Assembly: GCF_006345805.1 (NCBI RefSeq)
Contig: NC_043003.1
Location: 20,212,001 to 20,276,000 of the forward strand
Origin: Octopus sinensis
Taxonomy: Eukaryota
Reading direction: 5' to 3'
DNA length: 64,000 bases
The notes beneath the pieces were generated by a model. It did not search any database. It was not told where the DNA came from and worked only from the letters and a program-made list of their open reading frames with translations. The position numbers were made by a program, and so were the translations under genes. Shown here piece after piece: positions 27,713 to 42,000 of this stretch; positions within the stretch are counted from its first letter, which is position 1, and every line of letters starts with the position of its first letter.

Positions 27713-28641
27713 AATAAAGCCTTTCTTTTGATTATTTCTTTCTTTCTGTCTTTTTTTCATTCTTTCCTTCTTTCTTTCTTTCATTTTTTCATCCTTTCTT
27801 TTGATTCTTTCCTTCTTTTTTTTTCTATCTTTCGATTCTTTCTTCCATTTCTTCTTTCTTTGCTTCTTTCTTTGATTTCTTCTTTCTTTCTTTCTTTCTT
27901 TTCTTCTTTCATTGATTCCTTCTTTCTTTTGATTCTTTCTTTCTTTCTTTCTTTCTTCCTTTTTTTCTTTCATTCTTTCATTCTTTCCTTCTTTCTTTCT
28001 TTGATTCCTTCTTTCTTTTGCTTCTTTCTTTCTTTCATTGATTCCTACTTTCTTTTGATTCTTTGTATCTTTCTTTCCATTTATCTTTCTTTGATTCCTT
28101 TCTTTTTCTGTCTTTCTTTCCCCCTCTCTCCTTCTCCCTCTATCTCTCTCTCATCCCCTCTCTCTCTCTCTCTCTCTCACCTCCCCTCTTACATTTCGTT
28201 TACGCTTTCACTTTCTGCGATCAAGCTAAAGCTGGTAGGGAAAGAAGTGAACGTGGCATTTGTTAGTGGCGGTGTGAGTTTTGGCTAAGCTTGGAGGGAG
28301 GCGATGAAGGCAGCAACTTTAGCATTCATATAATATGCATATCGGTACAGGAGGTTCATTATAATAACATTGCAAGATTTAATTCAATCTGATGTGCATA
28401 CGAACAGACACACAAACGCACACATATACATACTCATATATACTTAGACACAAACACACTGGTGCAAACATAGATGCATCTACACAAACATGCACCATAC
28501 ACACATAGACACGCACATACACACAAACACACAAATGTTTATACATATATACATGCATAGAAGCATATACACAGGAGCGCACACAAAAATACATTTAAAG
28601 TAATACTGACACAGATACACAGACACAAATCTATCTATCTA

Positions 28642-28717
<76 letters not shown>

Positions 28718-28952
28718 CACCCTCTATCTATACGGACGGACGGACGGACGCTAGTCAAATGGGCTCCACGTAAGTTGGTCATTTTGTACGTTGAAAATTA
28801 TTTATTGTGAAATATTTTTGTGTTTAAAAGTTGTGCAAACATCATCCACTGTAACCTTTGATAATATCTCCACAAAATTTGCCCCTTGTGGGCAAAATTT
28901 AAAAGAAAATTCTCATAGCCTCGTGGTTTCATTTAGCCATTTTATTTCCAAA

Positions 28953-29314
28953 ATGGCCACTGGTCACCACGAGGCTGAGATGCAAGTCAACCGTGACGCA
29001 GAGGCAGAAAAACAGGATGCTCTGTTACCTTACGCTGAACCTGACAACTCCGCCACCATCAACATCGACACAACAGCAACAAACAAATACAAAACAAAGG
29101 TCGCAAGGCCAAGCACCGTCAACACCATCAGTGAGTCCACCACCACCACCACACCGACAACAACACCATGGCAGAATCTGCTACTAAAACTGCTATCCCT
29201 ACTAAAGACGTCGCCACCAATAACAATACCAACATCACCATCACCGCCACCAAAGACCGTGCCGTCAATGCTACTAATACTACTAACACCACCGCCGTCA
29301 CCAAGAACGACAAT

Positions 29315-29370
<56 letters not shown>

Positions 29371-30492
29371 CGACGACAACAACAATTCCCTCCAACCACT
29401 GCTCACTCCATCACCAACAAGTGAAAAAATAACGACGACAAGCAAACGAAATGCCGAAATTTGCGCTAATGCAGGACTAAATTACGCAGGCAATTTTCCA
29501 CCCCTTGCTAGTTGCATAATCAGCAACCACAACCTACAACCCACACCCCACCCCTGCCATCAACATCAACAGTAACAACAATAACAAAACACAACAAACT
29601 TCGCCGAGGCGATAAAAGAAAAGGTAACAAAAGTTTCGTTTACTACACAACAGATTAAAGATTGCAGAAACCTTATTACAAATCAAAACGGAAAAATACT
29701 CTTACACATACCTCAGCACATACTGAATGAGGAGAAAAAAAGGACAATTGTATATAAATCACAAATAAAAAACAAAAAGTCCAGAAAAGGCAAGCACAGA
29801 CAAAGTCGAAAAGTGCTTACGCCCCATCTGGGGATACAAGGATTGTGTGACTTGGGAACAAGTTCGCACACGTACAGGTGGTTTTTCAGAATGAAGAGTT
29901 GGCGAAGAAATTCTCAACGATAACCCTTCATTCTGATGAACTAACGTTGACACCGAGTTACCTCGGCCAGAAGGTGACGAAAGTCATTATCAGTGGTGTC
30001 CCCCAAGTGACTACAACACTGTGGATTACATCCGCCGTAACATCCGAAATGGAGGACATAAACATCCTAGATATCGGTGTTTCGGAAAACAAGGACTGGC
30101 TGGGAAAGAGAATAGAGTTCCTCTTCCACATAAGTCAAGAGGACATAAATAAAATCCCCACCCACGTACATCTTGAGGATGGCCGCAAGTTATACGTAGT
30201 AGTCGAGGGCAGAAGGCCACGATGCTATACATGTGGCAGTGAGGCACACCTCAAAAAGGAGTGCAAATCTGCCGCAAAATTACAACAACAACAACAGCCA
30301 CAGGAAAAATCACAAAAGCCAGGATTATTGCCCACACCACAATATGGACAGCTAGTCAAGAAGCTGTATGCGGAAATGCAGGAAAAACACAAAGAACAAA
30401 CCAACCCAACCAAACAACACCAACACCAGCGCCAAGAACAGAATCATCATCACACCACCACAACAATAAACCAATTCCAACACCAAGAATAA
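28953..30492 (+). pseudogene. Tx1-type ORF1 (Gag-like nucleic-acid-binding protein), frameshifted, with T/N-rich low-complexity N-terminus
   Basis: ATG at 28953 (MATGHHEAEMQ...). Segment 29878-30492 contains VIISGVP...LYVVVEGRRPRCYTCGSEAHLKKEC (CX2CX4HX4C). It may continue through frameshifts to ~31.0 kb. Confidence 0.75.
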
Positions 30493-31132
30493 CAACGAAG
30501 AAGACAAGCACCAAGGATGTAGGAGAGACAATAACCACAACAACCCCCCAGCAACACCCTCCCCGCGCACCACAACAATATCTACAACCGCACAAACACA
30601 CCCAGACGCCTTACCCTTGCCCCCTGCTGATTCGTCAGACTTTTCATCTAACGATGAAGTTCGACAGAATGGCAAATAGCCACAGGGGTAAAAGAAAAAG
30701 ATCAAGAAAAACCAAACAAAAATCGCAACCAAAGCAGGGAGATACCTGAACCCTGAAAACTCCATACACAACAAAACAAGCACCAACACCACAAAAACAT
30801 GCTATCAGCGATAGACACAAAAGACTCCAAACTAATGGAGTACATCACAGGATACACAAACATTTGTGAAGATGACTTTAAAAATAGCAATCATCCACGC
30901 ACTACACCACCCAAACACATCAAAATACTACACATCACACAAACACAACACCACAAACTCAAAGCCCTCTCCCAAATGCTGTAGGGGTTTTCCAGAAATA
31001 TCTGTCCCAAAAACTATATAGAAACCTCCTCGAAGACACATCAAAGAACGAGGAAGCCAAAACTTTCGACACAAGTAAGTAACTCTCTGTACTTTCATTT
31101 GTGTGTTTTAAAGCACACACCCCAATAGAATC

Positions 31133-34100
31133 ATGGTCAAGATTGGTTGTGTGAATGCGCGTGGCTTGGGGTCTCCTTGGAAACAAGGATACCTCCTAAA
31201 TGACATCAAGTCACATGATTTGGGAATCATAGCCATAAGTGAGACCAGACTCCACGAGCCACGGGCCCTAAAGTCCATGTTTGGCGGACAGTTTAACATT
31301 TATTTCGCTCCCTGTCTGCCGAGGATGGGCGGTAGTGGCACCGCGGTACTTTTTCACAAGAGCCTGGATCTCGAAGTCAAGACGATATTCGTAGACCCGG
31401 AGGGTAGACTGATCGTTCTGGATGTTGACGGCAGCAATGGGTGCGCTTTTCGACTCGTATCAGTCTACGCACCGCCCTTAACAGGTCGGGCGGATTTCTT
31501 TCGACGTCTAGAAGTATTCTTGGGAACGTCTCGTCCTTTACTCTTAGTGGGGGATTGGAATGCTACCTTGGACACGCATGTAGACTACGTGGGTAGAGAC
31601 AGAAACAGAAGGGGATGCAAATGCCTCAGAGACCTGCTCAGACGATTCCAACTGTCTGACAGGTACCGACTCGACCACCCAAATGCACCAACGTGGACAT
31701 GGAGCAACCGCAGTGGGTCGTCGAGATCGTATCTAGATAGGATACTGTGTAGGACAGTAGACAAGGATAACTTAGGATGTCCACAATTCCACACAGTCAG
31801 CTACACGGATCACAAATTGGTGACGTGTACGCTAGACTTAGATAAGGCACATAGACAGGGTCCTGGGTACTGGAAACTGAACGCATCATTCCCGTCCAGA
31901 CAAGTTTTCAGAGACCGGATTAGCACACTAGTAAAGAGGGCTTTGACGGGAGCCATCATCAACAACAAATGGTGGTTTGCCCTCAAGAGAGGCAGTAAAA
32001 GCAGAAGCGATTAGGTACAGCAAAGCACTAGCCATAGATAGAAATAGAGTAGAGGGTGAGCTAGTTAAGAAGCTAGAAGAGGCAATTAGAAGCGGCATCG
32101 CATCCGACGTTTTGGCGGCGAGGTTGGCCCTCGACCAACACTTCAACGCCAAACACGAAGGATGTGCTGTCAGAGCTAGGATGCGTGCTCTAAGAACGAA
32201 GGTGTTGGAGCCGCGAGAGAGGCCCGGGTGGCAGAGGCGCAACAGGGCAACAAAGCCACCATTCGGTCACTGGTAGATGAACAGGGGCGCGAATTGCTCG
32301 AGCCAAGTAAATGTGTGAGGCCTTTCAGCAGCATTTTGCCCGACTGTTCGGGACGAGTGGAGGGCAAGAACGTAGGGTAGACTTCAGTGCCTACCTACAT
32401 AGCCTGCCACGACTCTCGACAAGAAAGGCAGGGTGCTGCGAAGGTGCCATCACGGCGGCGGAAGTGCGGGAAGCGATGGCAGAATGCTCGAGGGACAAAT
32501 CACCGGGTTTGGATGGTCTACCCTACGAATTTTACTATTGTATGCCAGACTTGTTTGGAGACGTCTTGGCAGCGGTATACTGCAACTGGCAGCAAAACGG
32601 GAGCATACCCGGTTTTGTGAGTCGAGGAGCTGTAACTCTGCTGAAGAAAGATCCAAACAAGGGAAACATTATAGATAACTTTAGGCCAATCACTCTGCTC
32701 AATGCAGACCTGAAAATTTTGACAAAGGTGTTAGCCAAGAGGTTGGCGCTTGTCATGGAGAAACTGGTCGACAACGCACAAACGTGCGCCGTGCCGGGCC
32801 GGAGCATCCATGACAACCTCCATCTGATGCGCTACATCATAGACAGGGTAGTTAACGAACCTGGCATGGGTGGGGCCCTGATCAACTTGGATCAATCGAA
32901 AGCCTTTGATAGGGTAGACCATCGATACTTGGGGGCGGTCCTGAGAGCGGCTGGTTTCGGTCCCGTCTTCCGCGGCTGGATAGCTGCCTTGTACAGGGGC
33001 ATCCGTTCGGTAATTCGCGTAAATGGACATCTATCGAGACCCTTCGACATTGCACGTTCGGTCCGTCAGGGATGCCCCCTCTCGGCGCTTCTATACGTAT
33101 TGACTCTTGAGCCACTACTGCGGAAGCTGGCGACTCTGAGGGGCATCCCGCGAGAATTAGGATGCGGGACGAGCGTGTCTGCATACGCGGACGACGTCAC
33201 CGTCATAGTGTCAAGCCACGAGCACATCGAGCGGGTCGGCGAGACACTGAAAGACTACGAAGCGGTGACAGGAGCAAAAATCAACCGGGAAAAGTCAGTG
33301 GGCTTGCGGCTCGGCACCTGGAGAAGCAAACCCATGCCGTCCACCAGTACCTCCGTCGTGGGACGCTGGACAGACGGCCCGGTTGAGTTGCTCGGGGTCT
33401 GGTTCGGTCCGGACCTCCAAATGGAGAAGAACTGGAACGAGATAACGAGTAGGGTGGTCACTCTCGCCCAGCAATGGGCCGAGAGGAAACTGTCCCTAAA
33501 AGGTCGGGCGGAGGTGGTGAACGCGTACATCGCGTCCATCATCTACTACCGCCTGACCGTCGTACCTTGTCCCGACCCTACCATCACCAAACTAGAACGC
33601 ATCCTCTTCCGCTTCTTGTGGAAAGGATGCGTCCCGATGGTCAGGCGATCCATTTGCTGTCAACACCCGTTAAAAGGAGGGCTGGGCATGCCGTGGTTGA
33701 TGATGCGCAGACACGCGCTGAGACTGCGACATCTCCGGCTCTATGTAGACGACGGTGAACAGGTGTGGTCGCCGTTTGTGAGGCACGCATTCCCGCAACT
33801 CGTCTCCATGACCGAACTACAGTCGTGGATCAAAAAGAGGCCGAAGAAGGCGAATGGCACCGCGAGTGTCGCGTTGCTCTCAAGCAACTCTGCCGTCCCG
33901 GTCGACCTTGAGTGACTTCAACACAACCAAAGCATTCTATAGGGGATTAGTGGAGGGGAGGTACGACGACGAGCTCGGGGCAAACCTGGGTGTCGACGAG
34001 GAATACCTGACCCACCTGTTTCAAACGACTTTCGGCCCGGGACCTATGGACAACTTCCAGAGATCCCTGGCCTGGCGGTGCTACCGAGAAGCGCTACCCG

Positions 34101-34567
34101 TTCGGGATAAGCTCTATAGGCATGGCTCGAGAAACACGGGGCCGACCTGCCCGAGATGCGGTCAGAGCGACGAAACCGCTCTGCACGCAATCGTGCAGTG
34201 TCCAGCAATTTCCCACCTGTGGGCTTATGTCGAACGACTGCTGTCACGTGTGGGACGTGTCGGTTTATCAGCCGAGTCTATCGTTAATATCGTCACGCCT
34301 CCTTCCTTCAAACGGGAAGGAAGAGCTATTTTTATCATACTTGTGGCTATGGCGAAAGAATGTATCTGGTGGACGCGTCTGAAAGGATTAGAGACAAACA
34401 CTTTCCTCTCTGGTCAATCTCTCATCAACTTCTTCAAGTATCACTTGAAGAAAAAAGTGAGAGTAGAGAGGCAAGTTTTGTCTAGTGAATGTTTTAAAAA
34501 AAGATGGGTGAATGTAGCAAGGATGGCACGTATGAATGACGAAGCCACCTTGACTATGATTCTATGA
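31133..34567 (+). pseudogene. Tx1-type ORF2: apurinic endonuclease + reverse transcriptase + zf-RVT, split by about 5 frameshifts
   Basis: APE motifs KIGCVNARG, IAISET, VSVYAP, LVGDWNA, SYLDRI, YTDHK. RT motifs SPGLDGLP, FRPITLLNADLKIL, LDQSKAFDRVDH, SVRQGCPLS, YADD (33184-33195). C-terminal CPRCGQSDETALHAIVQC. Track pieces: 31133-32014, 31977-32276, 32311-33915, 33854-34567. Confidence 0.93.
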
Positions 34568-35097
34568 ACCGTAAAAATTAATACAGAGAGTTGCTTATTT
34601 GCAAAAAAAAAAAAAAAAGTAATATAACATGTGACTTCATTGACCGAGGTTACCGTGGTCTTTTCCGTAGGCTTTTCTTTCCACGGGTAAACCTCACCTG
34701 TCCCCCCCTTTACACTTCATATTGACATTTCTGTGATAACGATCCCTATTGATCAATTTTTTTCCCTCTCCCCCTTTTTTTTTAACCCCCCCTTTTTTTT
34801 TGTCCTCTTTCTCTCCTTTTACGATCCCTTTTGATCGACCCCCCCTTTTTTTATTTTATTTTTATTTTATTTTATTTTTTTCTTATTTTTTATTTTTTTA
34901 TTTTTATTTTTTTTAAACATTCAAAAGAAAAGCTCTACCTTGTAATTTGTTCTATCTGTGTGCAGCCCTGTGTGGCTAATAAAGAAACATATCTATCTAT
35001 CTATCTATCTATCTATCAGTCTGTCTGTCTATCTATCTATCTGTCTTATCTATCTGTCTTATCTATCTGTCTTATCTATCTATCTTATCTATCTGTC

Positions 35098-35140
<43 letters not shown>

Positions 35141-35151
35141 ATCTATCTGTC

Positions 35152-35199
<48 letters not shown>

Positions 35200-36238
35200 T
35201 TCGATATCCATCCATCCATCCATACATGCATACATACATACATACATATCTATATATAGAAAGAGAGGGAGAGCGAGAGAGAGAGACAAACAGAGACAGA
35301 GAAAGCGAGAGCGAGAGAGCGAGAGAGCGAGCGACAGATGTAAAATAAATAAATAGACTGGCAGATTCAGAGGTAGGGTAGATAGATAAATAGATAGGCA
35401 TACGTTAGGCAGTTGTTTTTTATAGAATAGACACACGAATTATTATGCATTTAAAAGAATATCTGGAGAGCTTGATAGCTAGAGGTCTAAAAAGTCGGAC
35501 ATTAAGCTAAACAAATAAAATATGTTTGCATGAGTTATTAAATAACCATACATCTGCTCTGGTTCTGGCTGTGACGTTAAATGCAAATGGCTTTTATTGA
35601 ATATGATACATGTTGTGTCCAGTGATTCCTCATTATAATGACCAACAAATCTGCTTACTAATGACCATGTCCTACTGCTGCTGTTGTCATTGGTGTCGTT
35701 TTCTTTTTGTTGTTTTCGTTGTAGATTAAACTCAGTTCATTTCTAATCCTACAGACCATTATACAAAATTCCTTCCAAATGACATCGCACCCTCTGCCAT
35801 TTTGTTTTCTAGATATAGTATCCGCCTGTCCTGCGTTTTCCAACGTATCGGTCGTGTTTTATGCTTATAAATTGTAACCAGGGAGAGAATACAACACTGT
35901 TTCTGGTAGATGGAGCAAAGACCCAGAATCTCCTTCGTCAAGCAAGCTTTTATGTGTTTGAACATGTCGAGTACAATAAAGTAAATGCTAAGCGTTTAAA
36001 CTATTCCACTTCGTCACTCACCGATTGTGTCACTCTTCTCAATCTTTTAAATCTTTTATCTTTCTAATTGTTTTAGCCATCGGGCAGCAGCCACACTAGG
36101 GCAATGTCAGGAAACGTTTGGTTGAGCAAATCGATCCCAATACTTGCTTTTAAGCATGGTACATTATCGATATCTTTTTGCCTAACCGCTAATGTTATGG
36201 AAACAAAACACACAGACAGACACACGCACACACACACG

Positions 36239-36330
<92 letters not shown>

Positions 36331-36510
36331 TGGTGGAAGAAATCGACCCTAGGACTTATCCTTTGTAAGCCTATCGGACTTTTTTTGCCGAACCGCTAAG
36401 TTACGGGAACAAAAACATATACATTACACTCGTGGCTTCAACCACAAGTTTCCGTCAATCAACTTCATTCAAAAGGTATTGCTGTGCAGAGTGACCGACC
36501 CTGAAAGAAC

Positions 36511-36551
<41 letters not shown>

Positions 36552-36807
36552 CATTATATAAAAGGGCTTAGTAAAATAAATTACTTTGCCGCATACTGAA
36601 CTCATTAGAAATAGCAGCTAAAAAACTTTTTTAAAGCTATTTCTAATACTTAAAGAAATTTTTGTGAGTTGAATTAAGCAAACACTATATATGAGAGAGA
36701 TTTTCTTTAAGTATTAGAAATAGCTTAAAAAAGTTTTTTAGCTGCTATTTCTAATGAGTTCAGTATGCGGCAAAGTAATTTATTTTACTAAGCCCTTTTA
36801 TATAATG
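36552..36807. mobile_element. Fold-back MITE (~105-bp arms) with TA duplication, Tc1/mariner-type
   Basis: TA|CATTATATAAAAGGGCTTAGTAAAAT...ATTTTACTAAGCCCTTTTATATAATG|TA. Confidence 0.85.
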
Positions 36808-36901
36808 TAATAATTTGAATTCGCCTTGAATGGTCCCTTTGCATACTGAACACTTGGTGAAATTGATTAATAATTAATTAATTTTGCCCTCAATTGTTGA
36901 A

Positions 36902-36964
<63 letters not shown>

Positions 36965-37118
36965 ATGTGTGTGTGTGTGTGATTGTGTGTGTGTTTGTGC
37001 ATTTGTGTTTGTGACATAGAAATGGATCATTACATACACACAAACACACAAATTTATATAATACGTATGTATATATATATACATATATATACATACATAT
37101 ATTTATACATATATATAT

Positions 37119-38268
37119 ACTAGCATTAAAGACCCGTCGTTGCCGGGTCATAATGCTAGTGCATGTATATATGTGTATATATATGTGTACATATTATATG
37201 TACATCTATATATATATACATCTACACATAAAATACAAAATACAAAGTTATATCTTGATATCGCTAGTGATAACAATACTCAAAATATATAACAGACTGG
37301 AATTGTTAGCCCGTCTCTAGTAATTTCGATCAATTGTATCTCGTCCTCCCTCTTGTATAGAAGTGTGGCTACAATCCGACGGCTGCAGCGAAATTCATTT
37401 TTGGACTTTCTTCCATCGAAGACAAAATGCTTCCGTGTAAACGGTGAAAATATTGTCAATTTCCCCAAACAGGGACACAATTCAATTTTTAAACAATAAC
37501 CAAAGCTCCTTCTCCGAAAGGGAGAGGGTTACGGTTTACAATTATTTAACAAAGCCAACACAACAACGCTTCCCTTACGAGGAACCAACAAACGTGATAA
37601 CAATAGTTAAACAGAAATAATAATAACAACAAACCTTACGGTAAACAAAAAAGCAGTACTCTGTTGAAGCTATAGGCCTTTATGGATCAGAAATAAACCA
37701 ACAGCGGTACTCAGTAGAAGCATCTTTCGTAAAGCCAAACTTCATATAGATACTTAATGCTAGCTAATTAGCAAATAATCTAATGTAAAAGCCGTGCACA
37801 CCTCCATCTGGACTATTCCATTTCTGCACGCTAATTTTATTTTTTATTTATTCCCATCAATGTGAAACCACTGATTCAAGTTCAAGTCATTGATGCAATT
37901 TTATACCAATTGCTATTTTTACTTTTGTTATGTTACGATAATATTATACTTTAGTTTGATTTTAATTATTACTTACCACATATAATTCAATTGTTATTAT
38001 TATTTTTATTGTTAAAATGAAAGTATCTAACATAAAATATAGAAATGTTTTTGTTTCACTTTTAACACGCAATACTGAAATAGTGGAGAAGATATGATAT
38101 TGCTATGCGCTCGCTCTAGGCAAGATGTTAAACATTTTTTTGCTCATGAAACTACATGGACCCTAAGTAAGGCATGTGTAAAATTTGAATGAAATTGGTT
38201 TTGTAATTCTCAAGTTTTAGCGAAACACACAGACAGACACACATTCTCAGTTTTTTGTATATAAAGAT
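37119..38268 (+). mobile_element. HINE/Helentron-like element (may be two pieces)
   Basis: 5' hairpin ACTAGCATTAAAGACCCG-TCGTTGC-CGGGTCATAATGCTAGT (37119-37160); 3' AAATTTGAATGAAATTGG...CAGACAGAC...TATAAAGAT. Confidence 0.55.
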
Positions 38269-38846
38269 GTGCATGTATATGTGTGGGTGTGAGTGTGAGG
38301 GTGTACATATGCTCATATAGGTATGATTTTATGTTATGCCTGTGAATATCTGTATGGTATTACACACGCACACACAGAACACTCGCGCGCGCACACATAC
38401 ACACAGACACACACACCATATATTTGGGTAGTCATAGTAATAGTTCGTTTGAAACTAAAATTATATATCGAGGCATAAAAAAGCGCCAGTAAAGGCGTAT
38501 AACCATCTATAAAATAATAAGTAGGAGTCGGTAAAATATCTATAAACATAATCAGCCGTCCTCGGACACAAACAATAAACATAAAACAAAATAAAATACT
38601 GATTTTTGCTGCTCAGAGAACAATTTATATTCAAACAGATAAAGATCATATGCAAGCGAATTGGTTACTAACAAAGCAACCAAATTTACCTACATCAATC
38701 ACGAATCAGGGCTACTTCTGTTGTGTTTTCCTTTTCTTTCTTCTCCGTTGTGGTTATCTCCCGATTTATGTCCAATTTCTCAGCTGCCGCTACAATTTCT
38801 CTACATAGAGAACTTGTATAAGGTTTTCATGTTATTGTTATTATTA

Positions 38847-38926
<80 letters not shown>

Positions 38927-38930
<4 letters not shown>

Positions 38931-39610
38931 TAGTTTTATTTTTATAGCGTGCTTTCACTTCACTACCGAGCACAGCTCTGTGTGCCTTGGGTATGTGCTG
39001 TGATTTGTTGTGATGCTCTGATGGTTATTGTATGGAAAGTGTTCTGCGTAGGATGTGTGCAGTGCCTAGTAGTGCAATTTTCTGTATGTTATATGTGTTT
39101 GTAAGTCCTGGTGTTTTTGTTATGTATTTGTCTGAATATTTTTTCATCATGCCTAATGCACCTACTATGATAGGAATTGTTTCTGTTTTCAGATTCCACA
39201 TTCTAGTTACCTCTATTTCCAGGTCTTTGTATTTTGAGAGTTTCTCCATTTCTTTTAGAGACACGTTGTCATCTGCCGGTATTGATACATCAATTAGAAG
39301 CATTTTTTTTCTTCATGATCTCTGACAACTATATCTGGTCTGTTGGCCTTAATTTCTCTATCTGTGTGTATCGGCATATCCCAGAGTATGGTTGCTTTCT
39401 CGTTTTCTGTGACCTTTTCTGGTGTGTGCCTATACCATCTTTTTTCTGTTGTTATTCCATAATGTTGGCATAGCTTCCAATGTATGTAGGTTCCAACTCT
39501 GTCATGTCTGTGAATATATTCCTTCTTAGCCAGGACTGGGCAGCTAGAGATAATATGATTTATTGTTTCTTGTCCATCTCCACATATTCTGCAGTTACTT
39601 GTAATATTTC

Positions 39611-39612
<2 letters not shown>
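38927..39612 (-). mobile_element. R4/Dong-type family 1, 5'-truncated copy
   Basis: LIDVSIP...GTAHILRRTL C-terminus preceded by zinc-knuckle/RLE DNA; (TAT)n on both flanks. Confidence 0.87.
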
Positions 39613-39674
<62 letters not shown>

Positions 39675-39675
<1 letters not shown>

Positions 39676-40233
39676 TGAGTGAGAGAGCAGTGCATGCCAT
39701 CAAAGTGACACGGGTAAAATATACGAAGCCTAGTATACCCATCATGACTACTCCTCTGATAAGGGTACACCAGGCACATGCATCACAACCATATGTGTCC
39801 CCACATGGTGATCTCATATCAAGATAAACTGTGCATGACCTTGCAGGTGGGGCCCAATTAGAATTTTCTTCAGGTCGAGTAACCCATCTCGCTAAAAAGG
39901 TCCCTGAATAAGGATTATTTAAGGATGTTGAATGAACAAACCATGTTTCCATGGGTGAATTATCCAAACCTTCAAGAATTCCTCTCAGCACACGGCTATG
40001 ATGCTCCCCCACTACTTCTGGTCGTGGTCATAGATGCACATATTGTCAGCCACTAAGGGACATGCTCAAGTGGTTAAGGTCAAACAACTGACAAGCAAAT
40101 CTGTGCTATTGAGCAAAATATTTGCTGTAGGCCATCTTTTATACCAAGACAAAACAATGTACATTATAACACTTCCAATCAGTTAAGATCAGAACCCATG
40201 AGAGCTACTGTCTGGTACTGCATCAGGGCATTT
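39675..40233 (-). mobile_element. Non-coding ~560 bp (TAA)n-flanked retroposon ('family 3'), longest copy
   Basis: Shares its low-coordinate end (TTGAGTGA.AG.GCAG.GCATGCCATCAAAGTGACAC) with 50797 and 51173; triplet repeats on both sides; no credible ORF. Strand inferred from the truncation pattern. Confidence 0.75.
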
Positions 40234-40274
<41 letters not shown>

Positions 40275-40288
40275 TATTATTATTATTA

Positions 40289-40397
<109 letters not shown>

Positions 40398-40416
40398 TTA
40401 TTGTTATTATTATTAT

Positions 40417-40892
40417 TCAGTAGTTTTATTTTTATAGCGTGCATTCACTTCACTACCGAGCGCAGCTCTGTGTGTCTTGGGTATGTGCTGTGATTTGTTG
40501 TGATGCTCTGATGGTTATTCTATGGAAAGTGTTCTGCGTAGGATGTGTGCAGTGCCTAGTAGTGCAATTTTCTGTATGTTATATGTGTTTGTAAGTCCTG
40601 GTGTTTTTGTTATGTATTTGTCTGAATATTTGTTTATCATACCTAATGCGCCCACTATGATAGGAATTGTTTCTGTTTTTAGATTCCACATTCTGGTTAC
40701 CTCTATTTCCAGGTCTTTGTATTTTGAGAGTTTCTCCATTTCTTTTAGAGACACATTGTCATCTGCCGGTATTGATACATCAATTAGAAAGCATTTTTTT
40801 CTTCATGATCTCTGACAACTATATCTGGTCTGTTGGCCTTAATTTCTCTATCTGTGTGTATTGGGATATCCCAGAGTATGGTTGGTTTCTCG

Positions 40893-40896
<4 letters not shown>
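40417..40896 (-). mobile_element. R4/Dong-type family 1, 5'-truncated copy
   Basis: ORF 40515-40754 is nearly identical to the copies at 21.8, 39.0 and 49.2 kb; (TAT)n on both flanks. Confidence 0.87.
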
Positions 40897-40964
<68 letters not shown>

Positions 40965-40974
40965 CATTATTATT

Positions 40975-41304
40975 TTATGTTTGACTTTTGCTTTACACTT
41001 GTACAAGTTGGCTCCGAGTCTCACCCAGAGACCTCAAGAGACCACAAGCTGGAAGTTGGTGTTATGCCTAGGGTGCCATATATTTGGTTTTGTACATAGT
41101 ATTGTTCTAAAGAATGTCTAAGAAACCATAAGAAATTTATGTTTGTTTTAAAACTTTAGATTACATAGAAAGTATTTTGTGTAGGATATGAGCAGTTCCC
41201 ATGAGCACTATCTTTTCAATTTCTGCCATTTTGGGGTTTCCTGGTATCTGAGCTAGGTAGCAATCAGCCTCTTTTGCTATCATTCCCAGGGCACCTATAA
41301 CAAC

Positions 41305-41305
<1 letters not shown>
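40975..41305 (-). mobile_element. R4/Dong-type family 2 (divergent), 3' fragment
   Basis: Manual translation of 41304->41161 gives VVIGALGMIAKEADCYLAQIPGNPKMAEIEKIVLMGTAHILHKILSM*, homologous to family 1 but with a different 3' UTR; (TAT)n on both flanks. Confidence 0.8.
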
Positions 41306-41362
<57 letters not shown>

Positions 41363-41485
41363 AATAGTATTAGTAGTAGTATTGCGTGAAAAATCAGTGC
41401 ACGCTATCAAGGTGGACCCATGATGTATTCTATCCACATGATATATGCAGACATATATATGTCTATACATCTATATGTATGTATG

Positions 41486-41581
<96 letters not shown>

Positions 41582-41964
41582 CACACACAAACACACAGAC
41601 ATAGAAACACACACACACACGTACGCGCACACAATATACACTCACATGGTGACAGTTGAGGCAACCGCACCGTGACCGCTTCGAGGTTCCCCAGACGAGA
41701 TCTAGTTTCATCTATAACTGTAGACATTGTCAGTGAGGATTGCTCGAAGGCGCATGATCGGCTAATTCCGTCTGCAGGCATATATACATTTACCATAAAA
41801 TGTTATGGATGATTTAGCGAAATGCTAACGCGTATAATAAAAATTAATATATATAAACAGCCAGGCGCAATGCGATACCGTAAAGGTATATATGTATATA
41901 TATACATATATCTGTGTGTGTGTTTATGTGCGTATGTGTGTGTTTAAGTGTGTATGTGTGTGTG

Positions 41965-42000
<36 letters not shown>

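Larger units (their letters stand above)
28750..34988 (+). mobile_element. Near-full-length Tx1/L1-clade non-LTR retrotransposon (ORF1 + APE-RT-zf ORF2, pyrimidine-rich 3' UTR ending AATAAAGAAAC)
   Basis: ORF1 remnant with CCHC knuckle, followed by ORF2 pieces with APE, RT (YADD) and C-terminal zinc finger. (ATCT)n lies at 28630-28716 upstream and from 34989 downstream. The 5' boundary is approximate. Confidence 0.92.

Noticed and set aside
27695-28288. 197-aa Phe/Ser/Leu 'membrane protein' and its Lys/Glu/Arg antisense ORF
   Set aside because: They arise from a (TTTC)n/(TC)n low-complexity tract.
34601-34619. A-run as the Tx1 poly(A) tail
   Set aside because: Homology with the 15.8 kb copy shows the element continues ~370 bp further, to AATAAAGAAAC.
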